DNA from: Bacteroidetes bacterium GWF2_43_63 | Lineage (GTDB): Bacteria; Bacteroidota; Bacteroidia; Bacteroidales; DTU049 | Direction: 5' to 3' | Length of the DNA: 64,000 bases | Assembly: GCA_001769275.1 (NCBI GenBank) | Contig: MEOQ01000001.1 | Location: 4,604-68,603 of the forward strand | Shown here: positions 45,093 to 57,400 of the stretch, in pieces | Layout of the letters: each line of letters starts with the position of its first letter | How positions within the stretch are numbered: the stretch's first letter is position 1 | Notes under the pieces: generated by a model | The model's database searches: none | What the model was told of the DNA's origin: nothing | Seen by the model: only the letters and a program-made list of their open reading frames with translations | Made by a program: the position numbers and the translations under genes

Positions 45093-48000
45093 TTACCGTT
45101 CCACCACAACCCGCTTCAACACATAACCTTCAGCGTTTTCAATTTTCAGCATATACACGCCCGGCGCAACGGAATTCAGATCAAACTGAACTGTTTTCTG
45201 TGCAGAAATTTGTTCTTTTTGAATGATTTGTCCGAGTGCATCGATGAATGAAAGCGTATAATCATCTTCGGCGGGGAAGGTGATGGTGAGCTGGCCGGAG
45301 GTTGGATTGGGGAAGATACTGATGTTGCCGTCGTTTAATGATTCAATGCCTGCGCAATCATCAACCACAATATTGACCGATGCACTGTTTTGGCATCCGT
45401 TGGTGTCAGTATAAGTGTATTCTACTGGCCATGTGCCGATGCCGGCTGCGGCAGGATCGAATATGTTTCCACTCATGCCCTGGCCGCTGAAGGTGCCGCC
45501 TGCAGGATTTGCGATGAGAGAAGCTGAAGGATTGTAGATGCAAAAAACACTGTCAGTAATATTGATTTCTACAACAGGCAATGGTTGTACAATTAAATTC
45601 AGTACATGCACAGAGTCGCATCCATATTGGGTTTGCAAGCTGTCATAATAAATTCCGGAGGTGGAATAGTTGTTACCATGCCATGAAAATACGTCGCCTG
45701 TACAAATGTCTGTGTCGTCTGTGATAACAAAATCAGGATGAACAATCAGGTCAAGAACATACAAGCTGTCACAACCGGTCTGTGCCTGCAGCGAATCATA
45801 AAATATTCCCGAAGTATTATAATTGTTTCCGCGCCAGAAATATGTTCCACCATCGCAGATTTCAGCATATTCAGTGAACTCGTATGCCTGTTTTACATTC
45901 AGATTGAGAATGTAGATGCTGTCGCATCCGTGTGCAGTAAGCAAGCTGTCATAGTAGGTCCCTGAGATATTGAAAGGATTGCCGCGCCAGAAATAATTTT
46001 CGTTGCTGCAGATTTCGGCATTTTCCGAGAATTCAAAAGTTGGGTTTACAATGAGGTGAAGCACGTGTATGCTGTCGCAGCCATATGTGGTGCTCAGGCT
46101 GTCATAGTAAGTGCCGGTACTGGTGTAGGTGTTTCCGTGCCAGAAGTAATTCTCATTGTCACACACTTCGACTTCGCTCAGTATCACATAGGTTGGGTGC
46201 ACGATCAGATTGAGAATGAAAACACTGTCGCATCCGTTTTGTGTAGTCAGACTGTCATAATAAATTCCAGTTGTGTCAAGTGTAAATCCTCGCCACGAGT
46301 AGGTTTCGTCGTCGCATATTTCGACTTCGCTCAGTGTGACATAGGTCGGGTGTACAATTAGATTGAGAATATAAATGCTGTCGCAGCCATTAACCGAATT
46401 CAGATTTTCGTAATAAGTTCCGGCGTTGAAATATGTATTTCCTCTCCACAAGTAGCTTTCGTTATCACAAATCTCGACATTCAATACAAATTCATAAGTT
46501 GGGTGGACTTTCAGGTCGAGTACATAAACGCTGTCGCATCCAAAAGCCGCGTTCAGACTGTCATAATAAATGCCCGTATTTTGATATAAATTTCCGCGCC
46601 AAAGGAAGTTTTCGTTATCACAAATTTCGGCATGCTGAACAAACTCAAACGTTGGGTGAACCAACAGGGCGAGAATATAGACGCTGTCGCATCCATGAAC
46701 TGTTGTGAGACTGTCATAATATACGCCGGTGTTGGATAAAATGTTCCCGCGCCAGATGTAGGTTTCGTTGTCGCAAATATGGACAATTTGAGGAATTTCA
46801 TAGGTCGGATGTACTACGAGATTCAGAACAAAAGTGCTGTCGCATCCGAAAGCTGTGTTTAAATAATCATAGTAGGTTCCTGCGCTGGCGTACGTATTCC
46901 CGCGCCAGGTGTAGCTTTCGTGTTTGCATATTTCAGCATTGTGAATGGTTTCGTAATTTGGATGTACGAGCAGATTCAGAATATAAACACTGTCGCAACC
47001 GTAGATTGTGAGCAGACTATCATAGTATGTGCCGGTATCGTAAAGCGATTTCCCGCGCCAGGTGTAAACATCATTATCGCATATTTCAGCAGATTGCGGA
47101 AATTCAAAAGTCGGATGCACTATGATGTGAAGGATGAAAACGCTGTCACAGCCATGTATTGACGTCAGGCTGTCGCGGTATGTTCCAGCATTATAATATG
47201 TATTGCCGCGCCAGAAATAGCTTTCATTATCGCATATTTCAGCAGATTGCGAATATTCAAAAGTCGGATGCACGATCAGATGCAGCACAAAAACGCTGTC
47301 GCATCCATATATGGTGTTCAGACTGTCGTAGTAAGCTCCTGCGTCAAAGTATGTATTACCGCGCCAGGTGTAGCTTTGATTGTCGCACACTTCGGCTTCA
47401 CTAGGTATGACAAAGGTCGGATGTACGATCAAATGCAGAACAAAAACACTGTCGCATCCATACATTGAATTCAGGCTATCGTAGTATATTCCTGCGTCAA
47501 AGTATGTTTCGCCTCGCCAGGTGTAGCTTTCATTATCGCACACTTCGACTTCGCTCAGTGTGACATAGGTCGGGTGCACAATCAGATTGAGAATAAAAAC
47601 ACTGTCGCATCCATACATTGAATTCAGGCTATCGTAGTATATTCCTGCGTCAAAGTATGTTTCGCCTCGCCAGGTATAGCTTTCGTTATCGCATATTTCG
47701 ACTTCGATCGGTGTGACATAGGTCGGATGCACGATCAGATGCAGCACAAAAATGCTGTCGCATCCATATATGGTGTTCAGACTGTCGTAGTAAGTTCCGG
47801 CGTCAAAGTATGTATTACCGCGCCAGGTGTAGCTTTGATTGTCGCACACTTCGGCTTCGCTCGGTATGATAAAGGTGGGATGTACGATCAAATGCAGAAC
47901 AAAAACGCTGTCGCATCCATATACGGTGTTCAGACTATCGTAGTAAGTTCCGGCGGCAAAGTATGTGTTGCCGCGCCAGGTGTAGCTTTCATTATCGCAC

Positions 48001-51000
48001 ACTTCGACTTCGCTCAGTGTGACATAGGTCGGATGAACAATCAGATTGAGAATAAAAACACTGTCGCATCCATACATTGAATTCAGGCTATCGTAGTAAG
48101 TTCCTGCGTCAAAGTATGTTTCGCCGCGCCAGGTATAGCTTTCATTATCGCAAATTTCGACTTCGATCGGTGTGACATAGGTCGGATGCACGATCAGATT
48201 CAGAACAAAAACGCTGTCGCATCCATATACGGTGTTCAAGTTATCGTAGTAAGTTCCGGCGTCAAAGTATGTATTACCGCGCCAGGTATAGCTTTGATTG
48301 TCGCACACTTCGGCTTCGCTCAAAGTGACATAGGTCGGGTGCTCTATCAGGTGCAGAATATAAACACTGTCGCATCCATAAATCGTGTTTAAACTATCGT
48401 AATATGTTCCGGCATCGAAATAGGTTTTACCGCGCCATGAGAAACTTTCGTTGTCGCACATTTCTGCATAATTATCAAATTCAAATGTTGGGTGAACAAT
48501 GAGATTAAGCACGTAAACGCTATCGCATCCGTACTGGGTGATCAGGCTGTCATAATAGGTTCCGGCAAGTGTGTAGTTGTCTCCTCTCCAAAACAAGCTT
48601 TCATTGTCGCATGTCTCCTTGTTTTCGGTAATCTCATAGTGAGGTCTTACATGTAGAATTGCAGTGTTGGAAATTACGACTGATTCAGGACAGGTTGATG
48701 TAATGATGCACCTGTATAAATAATTATTCATACTCGCCGGGACCGCATTCAAATGTAGAGAATCTGTCTGCGAACCAGAGTACATAGAATTGTCCGAGAT
48801 GTTTACAAAGCCTGCGCCTGGGTTGACCTGCCATTGGTAGGTGAGCCAGTTGCCGGTTGCGAAAGATTTGAAAAAAGTGTTTTCGCCGAGACAAACAGAT
48901 GCGTCACTGACGGGTCGTACAAACTCCGGAGCATTACAAACTTCAACGAGTTTTGTATAATAAGGATTTTTACCCTTATCGGCATCAAAATCAAATTTCT
49001 TCACCAGCAGTCCGGTGGCCGGATCAAATTCAAATAAAACACCAAGGTTGTTGACACCACCGTCTTTTGTCACGCCATACAGTTTGCCTCCCGAGGATTC
49101 CAATAATGTTCCTTCCGGATCATTTCCGTTGGCAATACCTGTAAAATCTATTTTTTTTGTAAAAACGGAATTAACCGGATCAAATTCAAAGAGTACGCCC
49201 ATGTTGCTCACACCGCCATTGGAAGTGAGCCCGTAAAGCATTCCATTCGATGCCAGCGTCAGCGATCCGTAGGGATTGGCTCCGTTGGTGACTCCTGCAA
49301 AATCAACTTTATTGGTGAAGGTGTTTGATGTGATATCGTATTCAAAAAGAACGCCCATGTCGTTTAATCCTCCGCTGTAGGTCATGGCATAGAGTTTTCC
49401 GTTGCCGGCCATAACAAAATCGCCATATGGATTGGCCCCGGTTGCCAGGCCGTCAAACGAATGTTTTAAAGAAAAGAGGTCGCTGTTATAATTGTATTGA
49501 AAGATAATACCAAGGTCATTAATCCCGCCAAAGGATGTCATGCCGTATAAGTCTCCGGTGCTGGTTTCTATAAGTGAGCCGTAAGGATAACTCCCGGTCA
49601 GGGCGCTGTCGAGATGCCTTTTGACAATGTTGATTCCTGTCGCGGGATCAAATTCATACAAGGTCCCTTTGTCGTTGATGCCGCCACTATAGGTCATTCC
49701 ATACAGTTTCCCATTCGCTGCTTCGGACATGTTGCCGACCGGAAAACCTCCGTTTGTTGCATTGTCGTAGTCGAGCACTTTTGTGAAGACATTTCCGATT
49801 GGATTAATATTGAAAATTACGCCGAATTCGTTTTGTCCTCCATAGGTCGTATTTCCGTAAAGCATATTATCAGCGGTGTAGATAAGCGATCCGTACGGAT
49901 ACGCGCCGTTTACGGTTATTGCAAAATCAATTTTTTTTGCAAACGAATTTGTTGTGCAATCATACTCAAACAAGACGCCGTTGTTGTTGGGACCCCCGGA
50001 GTTTGTTACGCCGTATTGTTTCCCATCGGAAGCGGTCATTAATGATCCAAAGGGGGCGCTTCCCATTGTCAATCCGTCGAAATCCTGTTTGCGGGTCAGG
50101 ATGCCGGATGTGGGGTCAAAATCAAAGATTACACCTTTGTCGTTGGTTCCTCCACCCGAAGTCATACCCGTTAAAACCCCACATGCATTAATCAGTGTTC
50201 CATATGGGGACCTGCCGTTTAATGGTCCGTCAAAATCAATTTTCTTTGTAAAAACAGAAGTGACCGGATTGTATTCAAACAACACTCCGAGGTTGAGGGT
50301 GCCTCCCTGGGCAGTCATTCCGTACAACATTCCATTTGAATACTCTGTGAGCGATCCATATGGTCCCCGACCGTTGGCTGCACCTGTGAAATCAATTTTT
50401 TTGAGAACTGTTCCGGTGCTGATATTATATTCAAAAAGAACACCCAGACTGGATGTTCCTCCGCGGAAAGTCATTCCATAAAGCAACCCATTTGAAGCTT
50501 GCATCAGTGTTCCGTAAGGATTTTTGCCAGTGACTGTACCGTCAAAATCCCATTTTTTTATCAGAATACCCGTAGCCGGATTGAATTCAAACAACACCCC
50601 GGAGTTGCTTGCACCACCACCTGAGGTCAGACCGTAAAGCAAGCCATTCGAAGCCAACATCAGAGATCCAAATGGATTACGCCCGGTTGTTGCCGAAACC
50701 AAGTCAATTTTTTTGACAAAAACGCTGTTTATGGGATCGTATTCGAATAGCACGCCCGCGTTGCTTGCTCCACCACTCTGTGTCATACCGTATAATTTTC
50801 CGTTTGGAGCCAGGGTGAGTGATCCGTAGGGATTTCTACCATCCGTGGTGCCGTTGAATATCACCATTGGGGTAAATATCCCGGTGGTATTATCGAATTC
50901 GTACAACACCCCAGCGTCGTTTGGGCCACCGCCGAAAGTCATTCCATAGAGCTTCCCGTTTGTGGCTTCACAGAGCTGACTGTATAATGGATTTCTTCCA

Positions 51001-51176
51001 GGCAGGTTTATAAAGTTGTATGCAACCTGAAGCGAATCACCGTAACCATTTGTTTTGAAAACAACACCTCCTCCATTGCCACCGGCATAGGTCATGCCCC
51101 AGAAAGAACTCTGATATTGAGCGTGGCTGTTGAAAACAAGAAAGAGGAACGCCAGTGCAGTATATAATTTTCTCAT
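45093..51176 (-). CDS. giant T9SS cargo: GloVer-like repeat region, Ig-like domain, 20 x 51-aa Cys repeats, Ig-like domain, type A CTD
   Basis: Signal MRKLYTALAFLFLVFNSHAQ from the ATG at 51176. About 15 repeats of NG.LYGMT..GG.N.GVLFE......F.....F.G...G..P.GSL resemble TIGR03803 GloVer. The CTD reads FPNPTSGQLTITF...IDALGQII...GVYMLKI. Confidence 0.9.
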   Translation of the reverse strand: MRKLYTALAFLFLVFNSHAQYQSSFWGMTYAGGNGGGVVFKTNGYGDSLQVAYNFINLPGRNPLYSQLCEATNGKLYGMTFGGGPNDAGVLYEFDNTTGIFTPMVIFNGTTDGRNPYGSLTLAPNGKLYGMTQSGGASNAGVLFEYDPINSVFVKKIDLVSATTGRNPFGSLMLASNGLLYGLTSGGGASNSGVLFEFNPATGILIKKWDFDGTVTGKNPYGTLMQASNGLLYGMTFRGGTSSLGVLFEYNISTGTVLKKIDFTGAANGRGPYGSLTEYSNGMLYGMTAQGGTLNLGVLFEYNPVTSVFTKKIDFDGPLNGRSPYGTLINACGVLTGMTSGGGTNDKGVIFDFDPTSGILTRKQDFDGLTMGSAPFGSLMTASDGKQYGVTNSGGPNNNGVLFEYDCTTNSFAKKIDFAITVNGAYPYGSLIYTADNMLYGNTTYGGQNEFGVIFNINPIGNVFTKVLDYDNATNGGFPVGNMSEAANGKLYGMTYSGGINDKGTLYEFDPATGINIVKRHLDSALTGSYPYGSLIETSTGDLYGMTSFGGINDLGIIFQYNYNSDLFSLKHSFDGLATGANPYGDFVMAGNGKLYAMTYSGGLNDMGVLFEYDITSNTFTNKVDFAGVTNGANPYGSLTLASNGMLYGLTSNGGVSNMGVLFEFDPVNSVFTKKIDFTGIANGNDPEGTLLESSGGKLYGVTKDGGVNNLGVLFEFDPATGLLVKKFDFDADKGKNPYYTKLVEVCNAPEFVRPVSDASVCLGENTFFKSFATGNWLTYQWQVNPGAGFVNISDNSMYSGSQTDSLHLNAVPASMNNYLYRCIITSTCPESVVISNTAILHVRPHYEITENKETCDNESLFWRGDNYTLAGTYYDSLITQYGCDSVYVLNLIVHPTFEFDNYAEMCDNESFSWRGKTYFDAGTYYDSLNTIYGCDSVYILHLIEHPTYVTLSEAEVCDNQSYTWRGNTYFDAGTYYDNLNTVYGCDSVFVLNLIVHPTYVTPIEVEICDNESYTWRGETYFDAGTYYDSLNSMYGCDSVFILNLIVHPTYVTLSEVEVCDNESYTWRGNTYFAAGTYYDSLNTVYGCDSVFVLHLIVHPTFIIPSEAEVCDNQSYTWRGNTYFDAGTYYDSLNTIYGCDSIFVLHLIVHPTYVTPIEVEICDNESYTWRGETYFDAGIYYDSLNSMYGCDSVFILNLIVHPTYVTLSEVEVCDNESYTWRGETYFDAGIYYDSLNSMYGCDSVFVLHLIVHPTFVIPSEAEVCDNQSYTWRGNTYFDAGAYYDSLNTIYGCDSVFVLHLIVHPTFEYSQSAEICDNESYFWRGNTYYNAGTYRDSLTSIHGCDSVFILHIIVHPTFEFPQSAEICDNDVYTWRGKSLYDTGTYYDSLLTIYGCDSVYILNLLVHPNYETIHNAEICKHESYTWRGNTYASAGTYYDYLNTAFGCDSTFVLNLVVHPTYEIPQIVHICDNETYIWRGNILSNTGVYYDSLTTVHGCDSVYILALLVHPTFEFVQHAEICDNENFLWRGNLYQNTGIYYDSLNAAFGCDSVYVLDLKVHPTYEFVLNVEICDNESYLWRGNTYFNAGTYYENLNSVNGCDSIYILNLIVHPTYVTLSEVEICDDETYSWRGFTLDTTGIYYDSLTTQNGCDSVFILNLIVHPTYVILSEVEVCDNENYFWHGNTYTSTGTYYDSLSTTYGCDSIHVLHLIVNPTFEFSENAEICSNENYFWRGNPFNISGTYYDSLLTAHGCDSIYILNLNVKQAYEFTEYAEICDGGTYFWRGNNYNTSGIFYDSLQAQTGCDSLYVLDLIVHPDFVITDDTDICTGDVFSWHGNNYSTSGIYYDSLQTQYGCDSVHVLNLIVQPLPVVEINITDSVFCIYNPSASLIANPAGGTFSGQGMSGNIFDPAAAGIGTWPVEYTYTDTNGCQNSASVNIVVDDCAGIESLNDGNISIFPNPTSGQLTITFPAEDDYTLSFIDALGQIIQKEQISAQKTVQFDLNSVAPGVYMLKIENAEGYVLKRVVVER
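45579..48638 (-). repeat. 20 tandem copies of the 153-bp coding repeat, including a duplicated 459-bp three-copy block
   Basis: Copies 4-6 (47721-48179) are nearly identical to copies 7-9 (47262-47720). Confidence 0.9.
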
Positions 51177-51361
51177 AGGCCTGGATTTTGTAATAAACCT
51201 GTTAATGTTTAATAAAAAACAAGCATCTAATATAATAGAAATTCTATTAAAATGCAAGTTTTCCCGATATTATAGTACCAGCACTGCTCTCAATAGGTCA
51301 AACTAAGCAAATATGTTTGCAAAGCTTTATTAATAATATAGGGTTCGACTTTTTGAAAAAT

Positions 51362-51392
51362 AAAAAGCCCTCGTTTTTGCGAAGGCCTTTTT
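51362..51392. terminator. hairpin terminator between the two giant genes
   Basis: aaaaaGCCCTCGtttttgCGAAGGCcttttt has one mismatch and lies 18 nt past the stop at 51410. Confidence 0.5.
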
Positions 51393-51409
51393 GTTTAGTT
51401 TGATTATTA

Positions 51410-54400
51410 TTATTCAACCACAACCCGCTTCAGCACAAAGCCTTCAGCGTTTTCAATTTTCAGCATATACACGCCCGGCGCAACGGAATTCAGATCAAAC
51501 TGAACTGTTTTCTGTGCAGAAATTTGTTCTTTTTGAATGAATGAAAGCGTATAATCATCTTCGGCGGGGAAGGTGATGGTGAGCTGGCCGGAGGTTGGGT
51601 TGGGGTAAATAGAAACATTGAACAGATCATTTTCATCCAGGCCGGTGCAATCATTCACACTTACGATTGTGGTATCAAATCCGGTGCAGCCGCCACCATT
51701 CGTGTAGGAATAGATGATGTTGTGATCGCCTGGGCCGGCAACATCGGGATAAAACATATTTCCACTTACACCTGTTCCATAGAATGTACCCGCCGATGGA
51801 ATTCCTGACAGATACATCGGATTGTCGGTGAGGCAAAATACCGTGTCGTTGAGAATAAGTGCCACAGCCGGAACCGGAGTTACCGACACCAGTGTGAAGT
51901 CCTGATTGCTGCATCCGTATGCGTCGTAGCCGGTTACAGTAAACACATCGCTGTTGGTGACAACAAAAGGAACATTGTTGGTAACGCCGTTATTCCACAC
52001 AAAAGTTGTTGCAGTACCTGATGCTGTAAGCGTTACAGAGTCGCCTTCACAGACAGTGAGCGCAATGCCGGCATCAACAACAGGAGTAGGTTGCAGCTGC
52101 ACATGAACGGTGTCATAATCCTTACAACCGGTGAGCAGATCTGTGCCAGTTACAATGTAAGTGTTACTGGCCAGTGGTTGGAAAGACATGCTGTTTACAA
52201 CGTTGTTATTCCAATTGTACTGATTGGCGGTGCCGCTACCAGTGAGCGAAATGGTGCTGCCTTCGCAGATATTTAAATCCGAACCAGCATAGACAAACGG
52301 AAGCTCATGAACGCTCAGAATCAGTTTGTATGTGCTGTCGCAACTGTGCATTGTATTATAATGCGCATAGAATGTTCCGTTGTCCGAATAATTGTTGCCT
52401 TGCCATAAATAAGTCTCTCCGTGACAGATAGCATGGTTTTCCTCAATCATATAAATTGGATTTACCTGCAACATCATCGAGTCGGAAGTGATTGATTTTA
52501 CAGGACATTGCGATGTGAGCACACAACGAAAATGAACACCGTTGATAGTGTCAGGAGCATCATTGATTTGCAGCATTGATGAGGTTGCTCCTGTAAAAAC
52601 GCTGTTGTTTGAAATATCTGAAAAGCCGCTTCCAGAGCTCATTTGCCATTGGTATGTCAGATAGTTTCCATTGGCAATTACAGTAATCATCTGATCCGAT
52701 TCGTGACAGACAGAAATATCCGCTGGTTGAGAAATAATTCGCATCACTGCAGGTATTTCCGTCAAGGATGAATACTGCGGCGATGCACCATTTGTACCAT
52801 CAAAATCATGTGTTTTAATCAATGTATTTAAATTTACATCGTAGCGGAAAATTGTTCCGAAACCATATTCACCGCCTTCGCTGGTCATGCCGAATAGTTT
52901 TCCGTCGCAGGTTTTCATCATAGGAGACATAGGTGCAGAGCCAGTCAAAACCGCTGCAAGATTAATTTTTATTGCCTGCATTGAAGAGTTGGGATTGTAT
53001 TCGTACAGCACTCCAGCGTCGAAAGATCCACCCTCTGAAGTCAAACCATAAAGATTTCCGTTTGCTGCCTCAACAAGCCCACCAACCGGAATACTTCCCT
53101 GATTTTCATTATCAAACTCAAAAGTATGAATTGTGTTTATCGATTGGCCTGCCTGTACAGTAAACAGCGTACCATTGTGAGAAATTGGCACTGGATAGTA
53201 TTCAAATGCTGTGGGTCCGCCTATAGTAACACCATAGAGCATTTGATTCACCGAAGATTGAACAAGTGTGCCGGAAGGGAAAAAGCCCGTTGCCATTCCG
53301 TCCATTTGTTCTAAAGTTTCCACAGCCCCTGTTGTCGGGTTATACTCGAAAACAACGCCCAGCGTGCTTTCATACCACATTCCAAAAAACTCAGAATACA
53401 TAGGATTGCCGCCCAATGATTGTCCCCAGAAATTTCCGTCAGCTGCAAGTGTCAGGCTGCCATTGGGGTGGTTCATATTATAATCCGCCAGATCAACCAG
53501 TTTTTGAACATGATGCGAAACAGGATCGAATGAAAAGATTACGCCTTGATCCAGGTCCCCACCTTTTTTTGTCATCCCATACAATAAACCATTGCTTCCT
53601 TCAATCAGGCTGCCAACTGGTGAAGCACCATTGATTGCATCAAAGCTGAAATCATCAGTGTAGATGTTGTTTGCTAAATCGTATTCAAAGAGTGTCCCCA
53701 TGTTGTTTAATCCACCACTACTGGTCATACCATAGAGTTTTCCATTCGAAGCATAAAACAAACTTCCGTAAGGATTTGTTCCTCCGCTTTGTTCAAATGA
53801 ATACACCACGGTTTGATTTTCACCATTGTCATCGGTTTTGAAAATACACCCAAGATTATTTGCTCCGCCATCGCGCGTCATTCCCCAGAGCTGCGTGCTG
53901 TCGGGGCCTTCATAACGAGGATAAAAATGAATTACAAAAGAGTAAATGCTGTCGCAGCCATGAACGGTCGAGTAATGTTCAACCACGGAATCGTTGCTTG
54001 AATACAGCTGCCCGCGCCATTCAACCGTATCGCCGATGATTGAATTAAAAACATCAGCGTAGTGATACGAAGGATGCACTGTCAGATTCAGATAATAGGT
54101 GCTGTCGCATCCGCCCTGAGTCAAATAAGGCATTACATAAAAACCGCTCTCAATATAATTTCCACCTTGCCAGAAGGCTGTGTCGCCGCCACAAATTTCA
54201 AGCGTATCCCTTTGAGTAAAACCTGGGCCGCCAATAACGTGCAGATCGAGAAAAAACGCACTGTCGCATAGTCCATACCCTTCGAAAATGGGTCTGTGAA
54301 CTTCGTATAAACCGGCCTCTGTATAAACATTGCCCATCCACAAATAAGAACTTCCGTTGCAAATCTGTGCTGTTTCCAACGAATAAAAGCCCAACTCTTC

Positions 54401-57400
54401 ATATACATTGTAGTCAACATCCAGCGTCAGATGATACACGCTGTCGCATCCAAGCGACGATGTATAATATTTATGGTAGATGCCTTCATAATCGTAAATT
54501 TCTCCATGCCACAACATGGCACCGCCTTCGCAAATAGTTGCCACATCATTAAATTCATATATCGGATTTATATTCAGGTGAAGAAAATACGAACTATCAC
54601 ACCCAGCCAAAGTTGTGTATGAATCCTGATAAATGCCGCTTTCGGTATACGGCATTCCACGCCAGGTGTAGATGTCGCCGTCGCAGATTGAAGCGGTGTC
54701 ATTGAAAGCATATCCGGTGCCTGCTGTAGTTGTCAGCGTGAGCTGATAGGTGCTGTCGCAGCCATACATGGAATTGTAATGTGCATAATAGGTTCCGGCG
54801 GCATTGTAAATATTATTCTGCCACAGATAAGCACTTCCGGTACAGATGGAAGCTGTTTCATTGAAATTGTATTCACTGCGGATATTCAATTCGCTGGAGT
54901 TTGAATTGACATTGATGGACGGACAGGTAGAGCTCACCACGCAGCGATACACGTATCCGTTCATAGCGGAATTTGCTCCTGAAATATGCAATGTGTCATT
55001 ATTCACTCCGCTGTAAACTGCATCATTGCTAAGGTTAGAATATCCTGAACCAAAATCTGCCTGCCAGGTATATGAAATTCCATTGCCGGACACATTCACG
55101 TAAAGCATAGTGTCGCTTGGATTACAGAGATCGAGCGCCGACAGATTATGGCTGAATTGCGGGCGTTGACATACTTCTATTAGTTTAGGGTTAGATACAT
55201 AACCTTCCTCGCTTATTCCGAAAGTGAATTTTGAAACTAGTGAATCTGTAAGTGGATCATATTGGAATAAAACGCCACCTTCTCCACCAATCACTCCATT
55301 GGTCACTCCATACAGCTTGCCGTTGGAAGTACGAGTGAGACTGCCCAACGGTTTCTCCGTGCCAATTGAAGCAAGATCGGCCAGTTTTGTGAACTGGCTA
55401 TACTCCGTATCATAACTGTATAAAATGCCGGCATCTGACCCACCACCATCTCTTGTTATACCCCACAACATGCCTGCGCTGTCGGCTTCCAGTCTGCCTT
55501 GTGGATGTCTGCCAAGTGAATCGGTGCCAAACTGATGCATAATCTCAATAACACCAGGACTAACGTATTTGAAAAGACTGTTTTCCGCCAAGTGAATTCC
55601 ATACAGATTTCCATCCGAGGCCAATGTTATATTTCCATTGGAGCCACCTGAAGAAAAATTATTTAAAACGGTGTACGTTTCTGAATTATAATCATACCCG
55701 AATACTACACCGCCACCATTGGTGCCGCCACTCTGTGTGACTCCATATAAAACATGATTCGATCCTTCAGCCAATGTTACCCCGGATGGTTGACAACCGC
55801 TTTGAATATTGAGTTGCGCTTTTGTTTCGAAGAGGCCTATTGAAGGATCAAATTCGAATAAAGTGCCCACGCAGTTTTCAATGTCACTGAGCGTCATTCC
55901 ATATAATTTATTATTCGAAGCCAGCAGCATTGTGCCTGACGGATAGCCAAAATCAAAGGGGCTAAATGAGTGTTGTACCTCAATGTTTTCGGTTACCGGA
56001 TCAATGGAATAAATCACTCCTCCGTCTAAATCACCTCCAACTAAAGTCATTCCATACAACAATCCATCGGGACCGGCAGTGAGTCCGCCATCGGGATAAT
56101 ATCCTTCCGCGTCGAAATAATGCACAGCGGTTAAATTATCTCCATTACCATCTGTTTTGTAAATAAAACCGGCATTGTTCGGGCCACCTTCCATTGACAC
56201 CCCCCAAAGCTCGCTCAGGATAGGCTCTTTGAAATAAATGGTCACTGCATAAATAGAATCACATCCAGCCTGCGTAACAAATGAGTCATAATAGGTGCCG
56301 CTGGCTGTAATTGCTTGTCCGTGCCAGTTTACGGTTTCACCAATAATTGCATTGGTTGTAAGATTGAAATGATAGGAAGGGTTCACTGTCAGGTGGAGGA
56401 AGTAGGTGCTGTCGCATCCTGCCTGCGTCAGATAATGATCTTCGTAAATTCCGGATGAGAAATAATTGTCACCATGCCAGGAGAAATTATCATCACTGCA
56501 AATAGCAACGGTGTCGTGGAAGGCGTATCCTGATCCGGGATTTACCGTGAGCGTGAGTTCAAAAATACTGTCGCAACCTTCGGCAGTCAGCGGATTGTAA
56601 ACATGCGTACCAGCGGTAGTGTACACACTGTCTTGCCACAGATATGCAGAGCCACTACAGATTTCAGCAGATTCGGCAGAAAAATATATTGGATTAACAG
56701 TAAGATGTAAATTGTACACCTCGCAGCCATAGACCGTTTCAGTGATATCGGTATAATTTCCAGCCGATGAATAGGTGTTTCCGTGCCAGGTGTAGGTTTG
56801 GCCCTGACAAATTGAATAATTTTCGTCGTAAATGTAGGAGTCGTAACCTTCATCGATTCCGCCATCACAGTTATCGTCAAGTCCATTACAAAATTCATAG
56901 GCATCCGGATTGATGTATTCATCTGAGTCGTCACAGTCCATGTTGTTTTCAACATATCCGAGAGGCATCGTGCAGGATTGAATTGTTTCAAACGGATTGC
57001 CATATCCATCAACATCGGTATCGGCATACCAGAATGGCGCCCATTCCACATTTTCATCAATGTCGCCATCGCAGTCATTGTCTTCGCCATCGCATATTTC
57101 GATTGCATACGGGTAGGTGCTCTGATTGTTATCATCACAATCGAGTTTGTTGTCAACATAGCCATAGGGCGGAACACAAGCGTAAATGGAATCAAGGGTA
57201 AAACCATAACCGTCCCAGTCATTATCCACATACCACCACATTGCATCAAGTGCATTGTCGTCAACGGTGCCATTACAGTCATTGTCCCAGCCATCGCAAA
57301 TCTCTGGGGCACCCGGATAAACATTGGAATTACTGTCGTCACAATCCTGATTATTGCCAACATAACCAGGCGACGGATTACATTCCGAAACAGAGTTATA

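Noticed and set aside
45579-48638. Diversity-generating retroelement (template/variable repeat) as the source of the near-identical coding repeats.
   Set aside because: The window has no reverse transcriptase ORF. Differences between copies include several substitution types, for example the Asn/Glu and Thr/Ile codon changes, rather than adenine-specific changes. The repeats are also tandem, not a TR/VR pair.
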